The translations under genes and the position numbers were made by a program. Below the pieces are notes generated by a model, which was not told where the DNA came from, did no database searches, and saw only the letters and a list, made by a program, of their open reading frames with translations. A stretch of 63,760 nucleotides of DNA, filler included, from Intoshia linei (taxonomy: Eukaryota; Animalia; Orthonectida), in NCBI GenBank assembly GCA_001642005.1. It is 5 parts of 5 records of this genome, joined end to end, with 100 filler letters (N's around TTAATTAATTAA, not from the genome) between each part and the next. Parts side by side here need not be neighbours in the genome. Positions count along the whole stretch, not along the records: positions 1 to 29,342 come from LWCA01000384.1; 4 more parts are not named here. One strand, written 5' to 3'. Positions 11,214 through 24,824 of the stretch are shown in pieces (positions within the stretch are counted from its first letter, which is position 1; every line of letters starts with the position of its first letter).

Positions 11214-14200
11214 CTACACATTTTCCAATTCCACGTCAATTGAAATTAAACTGAGACATTTTGATATTGTAATTGAGGCTTCAAGTTGGTGATATACCAA
11301 TTTCAATAAAATTTGTTCGTATCTTTTCAAACACCTATTCAAAAATTAAAAAAGTAAAGTTTGATAAATTGTAAAATTACTGTCGAAATAATGGCGAATG
11401 AGAACAGCAGTTTTCTATTATGAGAGCAGAAGTCAATCTCCAATGTTTAGTAACATGACCTTCCTTTTCCTGTTAAATCATATATAGGTGAAATTTGTAT
11501 ACATACCACTATTATCGAAAAAGAATATTGACTGCTATTGGCATATCGTCTTATAGCTCTTAAAGCTGCGTCCATGGGGTAAACAGTTGAAGGAATCAAT
11601 TTAGTAGACTCTGTATTCAACTGATTTCCATGTACAACCTAAATTCAATATCAAATTTAAAATACCTGTACAACTTAATTTAACAGACTAATGCAGTGAT
11701 TCTCAACGTGGGCGTTAACGCCTCTCAGGGGTGTTTTCAAAATATTATTAAAAACGTCAAATATGTTATTTTTAATATTAAAAAATTAAAACATGTATTT
11801 TGCATTACGGGGATGGGGACGTGAGCCTTCAAAATGTCTTGATATACTGATGAATTTTGAAATATCAAGGATATTATTGTGTTTTTCAACATTTTACATG
11901 GTTGAAAGTGGATTAAGTTATGTAAACAAAATATTGAGTAAATAGGAGATATTGAGTAAATAGGAGATATTGTTATCAAATTAACCAACATAAAACCAAG
12001 AATTAATAAGTTAATTGGCACTCAATCACCGGGCGCAAGGATCACATGAAAATAAATACAAAAATTATTTACTTTTTTTCCCATTATTAATGATTTTATA
12101 AAAATTAAATTCATTTTATCATATGGGCGTTGATTTAAAAAGATTGAAAAACCTTGGACTAATGAACCAAAATAAATACCTTCAAGTGATTCAAAAGAGA
12201 AAAGGTAGATCTTGTAAACCTATCAACACAATCATTCCAAAGACAGGGCAAAGGAAAATGTTCAATAGACCTCCAGTGATCATAAACATGTTCAAGATAA
12301 ACTTTTTTAATGTCAAATCCCGTTAAACAATTTTTCCACTGGCAAACATATTCAGATTTTCGCTCAGGATGACTAGGCGGGTTCTTCTCATTTCGACTTT
12401 CAGAATTACCTGATTCAATAGTATCGTTTTGACGAAATACAAGTGGATTTTCATCGTGCCCATTTAATAGATTATTTGCACTATGACCATTAGAGTTTTG
12501 GGCATTATTTACATTACTAGATAGTATTTTTTTAATATTTTCATTTTGATGTAACTCTACTGAAGAAACTTTATTTACGACAGAACCAAAAAGCGGCATC
12601 ACTGAACCTGGTTCGCGATTACCATTTGTGAAATTAGACTCTGTTGACACTGCAACATAATAATTCATATTCGACGCGTTAGCTTGTTTCTTGTAATTGA
12701 ATGAAAGTGAATTTGAAGCGTCGTTCATAGATGGAGAACTCAATTTTCGTTTTAGGTTTATACAATTATTTTGCAATTTTGTTGATAGATTTTTATTTAC
12801 AAGTGATTCGACTTTGATGTCAATAGAATCATTATGGTTAGTATCCAACCCATTCATATGAGCGTTTTTAATGTGAGGAGTGTTGATTAAGTTAAATGTA
12901 ATCAATTCATTCTTTTCTCTCTTAATTTTCCATTCAATACCTGTAAAAACAGAATCAAATACAATTTTGAATTCACCAAAATCCAATAAATTACAGGTTT
13001 GACTTTTACAATAGTCCTTGTATTGATTATAAATAAAAAGTAGACTAAATTCACGGTCCTGAAGCACTTTTTCGAACTTGTAATTTTCCGAAATCCATTT
13101 GATACTAATAGATTTATCAAAATTTGCAATGTTTGGTAGCCTGTTACTAATTTTTGACACGTCGGAACCATTATCCTTCGAAGGAATGTGGATTGGAGCT
13201 ATAACGGGCCTAGAAGAAACTGTGGCATAGTGAGGTCTAAAATCGTTGGTCTTATTTACAATTTTAGTCAAAACTGGGGAGTTAATGTCACCTATTGTTA
13301 CATTAGGTTTATGGTGTATTATTGAGTTTATAGGTTGAATAGCTTTATAATTGACATTGGAATAGTTTCTATTGACCTGAAATTGTGGAGTGACACTATT
13401 ACGCTGTATTTTAGAATGATGGTGAATGACTGGGATTTTATCCACATTTTTTATTTGGGAAACTGTAACATTTCTCTGGCGTGGTTGCAAAGGATTTCGG
13501 ATAATTTTTTTCTGTGGAACTTGTTCAATGACTTGAGTTCCCACCAATGCTTTGGCACCATACGATATGCCTTTAATTGTGAGAAAATTGACCAAAAATT
13601 TAACCAATTTAGGAACATCCTTCCAAATTGACACAAATTTAACTCCATTTTTGCTCAATCTATACAAAACTTCTAAAGCACAAGTCACAATCTCTATATC
13701 CTGAACATGCAACAAGGCAAACATTCTATTCATAATACATTCTTTTACGACGTCATAAAGCCATTCCAAATTGCTGGCATTGTAGGTTAAACCACATATA
13801 ACCTCACACGCGCGAGTAATATGATGTCTATCATTACTGAATAGTAAACGGTGGTTCAAATGCAAAATTACATGTAATTCTTCATCGTATCTATCGTATT
13901 CCAGATATTTTGAAACATTGGCCAAAACATCTACTGCGACCGTTTTAATTTCTAACAATTCAATTTCACAGCATAATAAAATAAATTTGATAAAACTAGG
14001 GTTTTTTATCAATACCCTGCAATTTGATGGTTCATGAGAAAAATTGTACAATATTGAAGTTACATTGCTAATACGTTTTATAATTAAATATTCATCTTTT
14101 GGGTCATTGAACGGTGCCATAAAATCATAACAAACTCGAGTTTGTTCAGTATTTGGGAATACAAAATCAATCATCGCACTATATTTTACATATTTTAACC

Positions 14201-17200
14201 AAATTTTTTTGTACGATTCAAAGTTTTGGAAAATTTTGGAATAAAATTTTGATTCATCGTTACTGTAAATGCCCACGTGTAATAATAAATATTTTATCAA
14301 TTGTGGTCCTCGAGATAAATTTAAATAATTTTTAGCATCGCTGGATAATAATATGCATAAATTAAAGGCAAAATCAGTTTGATTTGGTAGATTGCACAAT
14401 AATAATCGATCCAATTCAAAAAAAGGATGGATTTTGTTTTTGTCTAGTGTTTGGTTAAGGTGAAGATTTTTGGATAAAGTTCTACCATTCTTAAGAGGGT
14501 AGGGACACAATCTAGAATATAGTTTCAATCTTCGTTGAATCAAATCTCCTTCAAATGTTATATTATCAATATCTACTTCTTCCTTGAGAAATTTCGTACG
14601 TTCATACGTTTCCAGAAAACTAAAAAAATATGAATATTGTAAAAACATTAATTACCGAATGTATAAGATTTTTATAGTGGTAAATATATTTAAACAAGAT
14701 CTGTCAAGTCCTAAATCTTCAATAACAGAATTCCACAATCTCTTTTTATACACCTAATAAATAATTAAAAAATAATTGATGCATAGTTTAACAAAAAAAT
14801 TTAGAATTTGTTTCATGTAGTAAAGTGCTTAGCGATTGGATCCTGGAACCTTACGGGAACGAAATAAATATGCTGCAACCAGGCGACTAAACTCTAATTT
14901 ATTCAAATAGGGGAATTGCAAATATTGATTTGTTCACCCAAGATTTTTTTATGTAGAATTAATCAGTTATGCAACTTCAAAATCACAAGTGGGTTTGTGA
15001 TGTTGCATACTTAGTCGATATTAGTTTAGACTCTAAACTTTAGAACCATAAATAAACGATGAGTTTTACCAATTCTTTAGGGAAAATTCTACTTTTGCCT
15101 ATTATTAAAACTTGACAAATTATTATTTTTTAAAGTTAAAGGTTGAGAACATCTGCCTTAATGTACTTAATCATTAAATTTCATCAAAATGAAAACTTTA
15201 ATATCTGTCTGTGTTACCGTTTTTTTCAATAACTAAGAGTCTTAAAATTTTAACAAACAAAAATTCCAAGTCAGATTTTTTCGGACGAATATTAATTTAA
15301 TTTTTAAAATAAATTTCAATTTCAGAAACCTACTACTATCCTGTCAAAAACCCTAATTTTTTTTTTAAATCAAACGAGTCCTAAATTAAAAAAATAAACA
15401 CTCTGATACAGATTTTAAAACCATAAAATTTAAGTTCAAAAGCTTAATCTTCATGGTTAAAATCTCAAATTACCCATCTTAATGAATATAAAACTCTTTG
15501 ATTGTGTCGGTATTATCTTTATTTCATAAAATTTAAAATACATACAAAGTTTCAAGGTCAAGTTAAGTCTTAATGTTCAAAAAAACAATTTACTGTTTAC
15601 TCTTTTTTTGGAACTTATTTCATTGAGAAAAAATTTGACATAATTAATGGTCATAGAACAGGGGTGCACAACCTTTCCTACAATTCAGCCACAATGCTAC
15701 TTTTCTCATTGATACTACGGCCGCACAAAATTTACTTCGACATTGAGAAAGTTTACTCTGGACCTAAAATTTTAGGTCTAATAAAATAGTTTTTTTTTAA
15801 ATTTTAATATCAGCAAGTTTTAATTAATAATTTTCAATAAAAATTAATCCTTAATTTACTCATATAAATTAACAACACATTTGTCATTTTTCTAAATCGG
15901 AATAAATATCAATAGTAGGATTAATGCAGTGCTTCTCATGGGGTGAATAAGAAAATTTTAGATGATTGTAGGCGAATCTAAAATTTTCAGACCATTTCAT
16001 ACAATTTAATAAAATCTCTTGAGAAAAAAACAAAATTTTACTAACCCTTAAGGAAAAAATCCCATTTTACCAATATTTTTTTCAAAAATCCATTTTTACC
16101 AAACTTTTAGAACAAAAACTACTCTATCTGATTCCAAAAGAAAAAACCTGATTATAAAAAAAAGTAATCATTAATTTTTCGGTAAATAATTAATAATAAT
16201 TGGATGAAAGAAAAAAGTTCCAGTAAAAACCGATTTATTGATATATTAGAGAGGAAGACATAAAAAATCAAACTAAATATGTAAATATTAATAATTACAC
16301 AAAAAATATATCAGTGACTGTCTTAATTTTGTGTGGCCTTCGTTAACATTATAAAATAATTATTTAAATAACATTTGTGAAACTGTGACAAAGTTAAGAA
16401 TGTAACTTTTTGATTCAAATATTTTAAATAGTTCTTGAATAAAATCTGAATTAAACTTTTCAATTTGAAGTAAAATGATATATTGCATTATGATCAAATG
16501 GATTGTCCACGGCCGCACGTTGTGCACCCCTGTCCTAGAATTTAAAAATAAAAATTGTCTTGACACACCTGGGAACTATTCCTTTAAAGTTGTTAATAGT
16601 GAATTGTAGCATTTTATTTTTAAGTATTAATTTATTTATTACAAAAGTGGGCCCTCGGAAGAGCTAGGTGCTGTTTGTACGAAGTAATAAACAGTCAACC
16701 TCGTTTATTAAATTTAATTTTAAATTTCTCAAAAGGCTGCAACAAATGGTGAATAAGTCAACTCTCCAACCTCAACGTAATCCTATCACTCACCAATATT
16801 TTGGAAATCTGGATTCAAATTAAAATGTATTAATTGTAATCATGTTTAATTAATAATTAAAAAACTAAATAAATTAATGAAAACCCCACTTTCTAGGTAG
16901 GTTTGATCAAACAATAATCCATTATAGTAAAAAGACTGTTAATATGAATTACAATTTTGTTAAAAAGTATCAGAAAGGTGAACAAACAAATACTAATAAA
17001 AAACAAACATTGATTCAAACAATAAATAAAAATATCTAAATTAAAAACGTATTGATTACTAAATATATAAACAATAGAACATTACAAAACGTTACCTTTT
17101 GGAAACCGCCATAGTTTATGATGACTTCATAAAGACGTTTTAAATTGATAGTTTTTGAATTAATCGTAGGTAGTCTGGTAATATCAGTGCCTCTTTGTTT

Positions 17201-17371
17201 ATGAAAACAGAGTAAATCATTGATAAACTCGATATATCCTCTTTCCAAGATAGCTCCATTCTTAGGTAAAAATATTGGAGAATATTTAAAATTTCTTAAA
17301 CTGACCAAATTTTTTGGGGTAGAATTTTGAATTGTTAAAGAATCAACTTGTATATTAGATTGAATATTCAT
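11214..17371 (-). CDS. ARID2: AT-rich interactive domain protein 2 (BAF200, PBAF subunit)
   Basis: ARID domain split over exons ~17096-17371 (FHKQRGTDITRLPTINSKTINLKRLYEVIINYGGFQK) and 14657-14753 (VYKKRLWNSVIEDLGL). The large exon 12180-14619 has an ARM region (LLCNLPNQTDFAFNLCILLS), an RFX-type winged helix (KWISENY...YNQYKDYC) and two C2H2 fingers (CQWKNC..H..H; CLWNDC). C-terminal exons 11507-11638, 11381-11469 (EKEGHVTKHWRLTSALIIEN), 11214-11335. Confidence 0.9.
11694..12156 (+). mobile_element. Internally deleted hAT (Buster) element with transposase C-terminal remnant, in ARID2 intron
   Basis: Perfect 8-bp TSD GACTAATG (11686-11693, 12157-12164); degenerate TIRs CAGTGATTCTCAAC / ATTGAAAAACCTTG; remnant peptides LCFSTFYMVESGLSYVNKILSK and LTNIKPRINKLI..HRAQGSH (hAT dimerisation region). 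Confidence 0.85.
15659..16532 (-). mobile_element. hAT MITE family A copy with internal insertions, in ARID2 intron 1
   Basis: TIR CAGGGGTGCACAAC at both ends; TSD TCATAGAA/TCCTAGAA (7/8); subterminal sequence matches the 10031 copy in reverse. Confidence 0.8.
16560..16703 (+). mobile_element. Helitron 3' end fragment (5' portion probably ~15200-15490)
   Basis: GCCCTCGGAAGAGCTAGGTGCTGTTTGTACGAAGTAATAAACAGTCAACCTCG matches the family 3' terminus. Confidence 0.6.
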
Positions 17372-17857
17372 ATGATAATTTCTTAAACGTACTTTAAAAC
17401 AAGTATTTCTAATTTCGTCCAATTATATTAGAATTGATGATACAGTGTATTTATAAAGATTCTAATAGGTGAATACTTCACTATGGAATATACACTGTTG
17501 TTGTAGTGTGTGCTAATTCAATATGTAATAGATTTCAAATAAAGTACACAGAGTCTTTAGTAAAATTTGTATAGACAAACGCAAGATGAACAATTGTGTA
17601 AATATTAAAATTGCAATAATTTGTTGTTATAGTTTTAAATGTCAATAACTTTGTTGATTGAGTTTCTATTGATACACATTGTTTATCTTAAACGTAATAC
17701 GGAAATTCCATTGCATTTGTTGACTTGTCTTGGTGAAATTCATATATCAAATCTTTTGTCTGTTTTACATTAAACGTTTAAAGTATATAACTAGGGTAAC
17801 TAAATTAAAGCACACAAGTAAATAGAATATAGAGTAGAATGCATAGGTATTGACAAA

Positions 17858-20800
17858 ATGTCGGATAAACAAGCGTACATTCAAGATGTAAGTTTTATGA
17901 ATATATGTAAATTGACGGCGAAACTGAAAAAGAATCGAAGAATTCAAATTAAATGTAATAAATGTTTTCAATTATTTAAAGTTGAACCAAAAAAAAGGCA
18001 AATTCCAACATGTCGTAAATGTTTCTCTGTAAATTCAAATGATAGTATTAAAGTTAACATTGAAGATATTGTAGAGATTAAATCACCCCAAAAAAAAAGT
18101 ATTAAAAATAAAAGCAATAATTTGAATCTGAATTCTGTGAAGGAGCCAAGTATTGTGAATAATGATTTAGTTGATAAAGTTAAATCGGACATTACTTTAA
18201 AAGTTCCAAAATTAAAATTAGTGATTAAACCACCTTTTACACCAAAAGAAAGTTCACATGAATCTGATAATTTGTCTTTACCTACCAAAAAATTGAAATT
18301 AAACAACAATATCCGAAAACGAAGTGAAACTATTGAAAATTTGTCAATGATTTCTTCTGAATGTGACGCTGATTCTAGTTTAAAAACTGAAAACTATTTC
18401 GAACCAAGGCGAACACAACCTAAGAATGAAAGTACCCAAAACAATGCATTTGTTTTGAGTAGTGACTCGGAAGTTTCAAATACAGCCGTAGAAAACAACA
18501 ATGTTTCTCATTGTTTAGGCTCCATTAGCTCCGATTCTGATCAAGATTCAACTATACATAATGCCGTGTCACTGAAATGTGATTCACCAGCACACAGCGA
18601 TTGTAATGAACATTTATATTCAAATTTGACAGATAGGGAAAAATCTCTCATTACTTGGGAACAAGATCCAAATGGTGGCGGAAGAGTTTTGCACGTGTAT
18701 CAAGATGCAGTCGACAGAATTTATCAAGATGAAGACTACAAACTCAATATTGTTCAAAAATTTATCGACATTCTTTTTCATGAACCTCAACCAAGTGTAT
18801 CAAATTATGTTATAGGAATTGTTCATAATGGTGCCAAATTTTTACCAAATATTTTCGATTATCTTCTTCAACAAAATTCAAAGATGCAAGTTAAAATGGG
18901 GTTGTTGACGAGTAAGGAAATTAAGACTTTAGATTTTGGCGAATTTTTATCAAATTGTTATGACACGTATACTGATGGGACTTATTCGTTTTGTTTTTTT
19001 TTTGCATTTTTTTATTATTTATTTAGTTGTGGAAATCTCCATCCTATTAATATTGCTGGAAAAATCAATGAAGAAACTGGTGGATATTTTACCAATTTAC
19101 TCGATATAATGGAAACTAGCATGTTTTTGAAACTTATTATGCCTTGGTCAAAGCTCACATCTCAAAGTCATATGCAGAGGTATCAAACACATGATGGTAA
19201 ATTTATTACATTAGGATCTGAGGAACCAAATTGGTAGATTTTGTATGACTTGGATTTTGACTGTTATTCTTTACCTGGTTTCACCTATTACTATTCTTAT
19301 TTGGTACGGGATTAAACAGTATTTTAACATTTATCTAAGAGTGTCTACTTAAATCTAACTATTTTTTCTTGGATTTTTAGTAAAAATGGTTGGATTTAAG
19401 TAAAAATTGTTGGGTTTAAGAATATTCTCTTTATCTAAAGTCCACTGATAATTTTACAAGTTTTTGATGTGTTTGGTACTTATGTATGAATCTTGATGAT
19501 TTTTTATAACTTAGATAAATTTCATTTTTTTCTGTAGAATGTATGTTAAGTGGAGATAACTGTATGAGTTTTAATTTTTATAAAAAAAGATAATCTGAAG
19601 TTTTGATCGTGAAAATGCAATTGATGATAATGTTTATGATTTTAAACACTATCCCAGAAATTCTAGGACTTTCATTTTTAATTAAAAGGGTAATTTCGGG
19701 TTTTCGTCGCGAAGGTATAAGATTTTGACATTGATAGTTCATACTATGAACTTTATAACCGTGTAAGGGTGATTATATCGCATTAGGCATCGTTTTCGAG
19801 ATTGTTTTAATGGCCTATTTTAGATTTTCGGGTGGGCCTCAAACATGGTAGATTCGGGTCTGATCGATGGTACACTTTGTTACAGTGAATGCAAAAGTCG
19901 ATACTTCATTCTCACAAATGGATCTTTTGGTTTTTTACCATTATAAAATTATTAACCCAGGGATTCCCACAATTTCTTATGGTCCACTAAAATGAAATTA
20001 CAAAAATACGATGATATAAATGTAATATTTACTGTATTTAAATTAGTAAAAAAAATTCCTTAGACGGAATTTGTGAACCGCTCGATTAAGTTATATGGAA
20101 AATTTTTAAGGGGTGCGCAATGTTTTACGTTTAAAAACTCACATATTATTAATAAATTAAATTAAGTTATTTTTTTATTTTGTTTTTAATTCAGCATTTG
20201 ATTAATTTTTTAAATTGATATTGAAAAAATGCCAAACCTAATTGATGTGGTCATTACTTTCCAGTAAGTCTGAGTGTAATACATTATTGTTTTTTAAAAC
20301 GGGGTCGTTATATTTCAGTTGTATATAATATTTTGTGGTAGTCTGAGTGGTCCGTTCACATTTACATTATATTCTAAAAGCGATCAAAAAATTTTAATTT
20401 AAAAAATGTGAAATGTGGGGTTCAATATTAAAACTTTCTTTATCCTACTACCCAACTTATTTTTTCTAAAATAAACTGCGAAATTTAAATTGCTTTTGCA
20501 AATTGATTCAATGATAAATCTTTTGGTTTTATTAATTTTAATTAAAAATAATAGGTATTAATTTTAAATAGGTCCAATTTTATGGAGTCGATGCGGAGAG
20601 CAATATATTTCTACTTCAGACTACGCTCGAAATACAAATAAGAAGTTCAAAACAATTCAGTCTTAATATTATATTATGTTTAGAAATATTTTGCATTCGA
20701 TGGATTTTAACGTACTTCCACGTCATATATCTAAACGAGAAATAATGATTTACGATCGCACTTTTCCTCACGCTGACTTTATCATTCAAGGCAGTATTAA

Positions 20801-21277
20801 TCAAAAAACTACTGCTGCGTGTGGATTACTCCAAGCTGTCAATCCGCACCGTTCTACCTCTAATAATAGATTGTTTGTTAAAGACGTTGTATGTTTTAAT
20901 GGAAAAAGTAAGTTTTAAATTTAATAATTATATTTTTATTAGCTTTTGATCAACTTATAAAGGATTTGGATATTGATCCATATGAACCGCCCGCTACTCA
21001 GGTCCGTTTAGTCGTATTTGTATTTTTCAAACACTTTTAATTTGATTTTTGTAGTCAAAAATATGGGCTAATCAAGCAAAATTAAACCAGTTACGCCGGT
21101 ACGGTCATGAATATGCACAAATTAAATTATATGACAACGATATTTATTTTATACCTAGAAATGTCATTCATCAGGTAAATACATATTTTAATAATGTAAT
21201 TAAATATTTAGTTCAAAAGTGTCTCAGCAGTAATAAGTATAGCATGGCATACTAGATTAAAAAAATATAATATCTAA
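17858..21277 (+). CDS. RSBN1: Round spermatid basic protein 1-like (KDM9-type lysine demethylase)
   Basis: Motifs [23 protein letters not shown]|[87 protein letters not shown]. Exons ~17858-18987, 19027-19196, 20572-20908, 20943-21001, 21055-21174, 21212-21277. Confidence 0.9.
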
Positions 21278-21359
21278 AGTATTATTATTAATAAAATGTA
21301 AATATTTCATTTTATTTCTGTATAAATGTAAAATAAACATTTTAATATTACATTTCATG

Positions 21360-23823
21360 TTAAATATCATTCTTTACTATTTTCAAGTCTTGAAACATAT
21401 TAATTATATCTTCCTTTTCCTTATTTTTCGGTTTAAATTGTTTGAGACAATTCCAGTACAACTCTTGTGATTCCATTACCTTAAATATGGTTTTTTGTGC
21501 GCTAAATTAAAAAATGATGAATTCAATGCTTGTAAAACCTGAATTTTATTGGAAACTGTAGATTCAAAGGTGGTGGCAAATGTCCAAGTAATGATTTGAC
21601 ACAATTTTCACTACATGTCGCGATCGTTTGTAAATTATATCCACCCTAAATTATAACTATAAAAGTTCAAACCCAAAAACCTCCAAAACAAGTATGACTC
21701 TACCACATGCCAACGATGACAAACTATACGTCATATGACCATAACATTCAGGTGATACATTGTAGTTGCCCTAATAATGATATAAATACAATCCAAATTA
21801 TAAAATACCAAAGGATCACCTATCGCAGCGTCAAATCCACTTGAAACTAATACCAATTGGGGGTTAAACTAAACAACACATGAAAAAATATAAAAAGAAC
21901 AACTACTTGATATGATACTGGCATAATAATCTTTAAAAATGTCATCATGTACTCAGTGTCTCCCATTGGAGTCTACCAAAAACTTTAAAATCATAAATTA
22001 ACATGACTACCCCGTTGAAAGGCATATTAATGTTAAATCCTTTTCCACGGCACTTGCCCACGTAATCATAATTTGAACTCGTTTTATAGGGGAAAAATTT
22101 TGCATTGTCATATCGGTGTATTGAGATGTACAGAACCCTATATTAGTATACTATTACAAATGAATAAATTAAAATTAGTAAAATTCAATGACAACATTAC
22201 TTAGGATTTTCATAAAAAATTTCTTGGGTACCATCGCCGTGATGTATGTCCCAATCGACAATTAAAATTCTAAATTAAACCAATAAAATTACGAAATTTG
22301 TTTCATAATATCAAAATTTAACCTAGAAAGATTATGCGCATGTATTGCATATTGTGAGGCTATAGCTACATTATTAAAAATACAGAATCCACTGGCACTA
22401 TTAGAACATGAGTGATGACCTGGAGGCCTTATAAAAGCCATTCCATTGCGAACCTTATCAGTCATCACTGCATCAACTAAATTTAGTAAATGTCCTATCG
22501 CAACTTTGGCGCAACTATAAGTAAACTAAAAATAACAAATTACACATAATAAAAAACGTCATAAAAATAAAAATTATTTATACTTTTACCAGTTTTCTAA
22601 CTATTAATAAGATCATTATATACCTGATTCAAATAAATTGATTCGTAATATTTTTCCATTTTATCAAGATTTTTTTCATTGCTATCAGCTGATTTTTCTA
22701 TATTTTTTATGTGATCTAGTCTAAAGGAACATTTTTAAATTAAGATAATTTAGTCAATATTTACATAATATTTAAAATATCTATAAATATGAAAATGCTT
22801 TTAAAGTAAAATCGTTTAAAGTCCGTTAATCTGTCAAAACTTACTTGATTGACTTAATAGTAAAGTTAAAAAAGAAATAATTATCCCGTTTCAAAAGAAA
22901 CCCTTCACGCTTAACACTTGCAGGAAAATTAATAATAACAATGACGATATACCAAAAATTTTCCCAGTCAGAGCCTAGAGCTCCGTAGAATCTAAAAACA
23001 ACCAATACAAATTTAATGAAACTCCGTCCGAAACTAGACCAGGGAAGTGAAAAGTTTAAAGGTTGGAAACTCTCATTAAGTTGTTACTAAAAATAGACTA
23101 TAATTAAAGCTCAATCTACAGTAATATACATAAATTACGTACGAATGAATTAATTGGATTTCAGTCAAAGTGGCCGACCGCACATCCTAATAAAAATATA
23201 GATTACAATTTACAATGTAAATTTTATTTTATTCTTTCATCACATCTACAAATTAACATGTAAAATTTGAGAAAATATAGTTTTTTTTACAATTTATACA
23301 TAAAATGTAATGTTTATAAGTTAAATTATTATTTAGTATACATACATTTGATGAGAAATACAAAAATATTACTGTTAAAAGATAACATTTTTCAAGTAAT
23401 CCTTCATTACATAAATGTCTGTAAATTGAAATCAATCTGTTTGGGTTTTCAGGGTGAGATCTAATTTAATATGTTAAATCTTGGCGTAAACTATCAAAAG
23501 AATTAGTAATTATTTCAACTAAAATATTTTCATTGAGCTAGTTTAATTAGACATGAATTAGGGTGTTATAATCACAAAAATAGAAATAAAATATATACGA
23601 TTTTCGGCTTTCATGTTGATTCATTTCATTGGAATAGGATATAGCCGTCCTGGAATAACATGTTACATTTTCATATTTATTAGGCTCACCTAAATTTTAT
23701 CATATTATCTGTGCGGTTAAATGTAGTTTCTGGTTGAAATTCGTCTTGATTGGTACGTGAAAAATTCGGATTCTTTCTTTAATAATTTAAATATTGACCA
23801 AAAAATATATACCTTTTCCCCAT
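21360..23823 (-). CDS. HDAC6: Class IIb histone deacetylase (HDAC6-like), single catalytic domain, ~13-14 exons
   Basis: Spliced motifs HPENPNRL, IRPPGHH..SGFCIFNNVAIA, ILIVDWDIHHGDGTQEIFY, VLYISIHRYDNAKFFP, GKGFNINMPF, FNPQLVLVSSGFDAAIGDPL, LE|GGYNL. The catalytic Tyr is present, so it is not vertebrate-type class IIa. First exons less certain. Confidence 0.82.
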
Positions 23824-24824
23824 TTTTATATAAATTCAAATTTATTTCAAACGGATTAAATTGTTACTTAGTAATACAAATGTATACAATATATAAAAAT
23901 TATTTTAAATTTTAAAATATAATTTTACGTTTATTTTTGGTCACTGATTAATGGTTAGTCATCAGATTACATTGAATTTTATAATATTTATTGAATCGTT
24001 CGTATAAAACATTTTCGTTTTAATATAATTATTCAAATTTTAAACTACATTTATCTATTTTTTTTAGTCACAGACGTGTAGCGCTGTATGAATTCATTTG
24101 TGTAAATTAGAGTGTATTAACCCTTTCACTGTCTGAAATATTTATTTTAATTTGACTGACATAAACTGTTTTAAAGTAATGATCAGTGTCCGCTCTTATT
24201 TAAAAAAAATCTAAAAATTAAGGTACTGCGAAGGATAAATGTTTTATAGTTAGCATATAATTCTAAAATATTCATCATTTACAGCAAGTTCAAAATGTCT
24301 AAAAAACTGGTCCAATTAAATTTTGGTACAACTCGATATCATTTAAAAAACCAATAGAAATTTTTGCCGTCGTTTATATAAGAAATATATCCAATTTAGG
24401 GGATATTTTATATCTACAATAATGTCGTTTAATAAGCAATACTAAGAATAATATATAGTGCAACAGTGCCGAATCTACTGTATCCGAGGCATAAACGAAA
24501 TTGTGGTTTCATTTTTCCTAATTAAAAAGTTTTTTGATACTGTTATTATTTAACTACCGTGATCGGTTTCCACGACAGTGGAATCTACACCGGTGACTAG
24601 GTTTGACTTATTTTTTGAAAAATCATTTTTAATTTTTAAGATGTTACTCCTGAGTAGAATGTAAAAATATTTTGACTATCAGTAAAGTTTTCAAAAATGA
24701 AAAAAAGCAGCTGTCTACGATCTAAAAAATGATACTCAAATCTTTCGTGATGAACAATGATTAAAGAAGATTGAACAAGAAACATTGATAAATTTATATT
24801 GTTTAAACTTTGATACAAACATTT

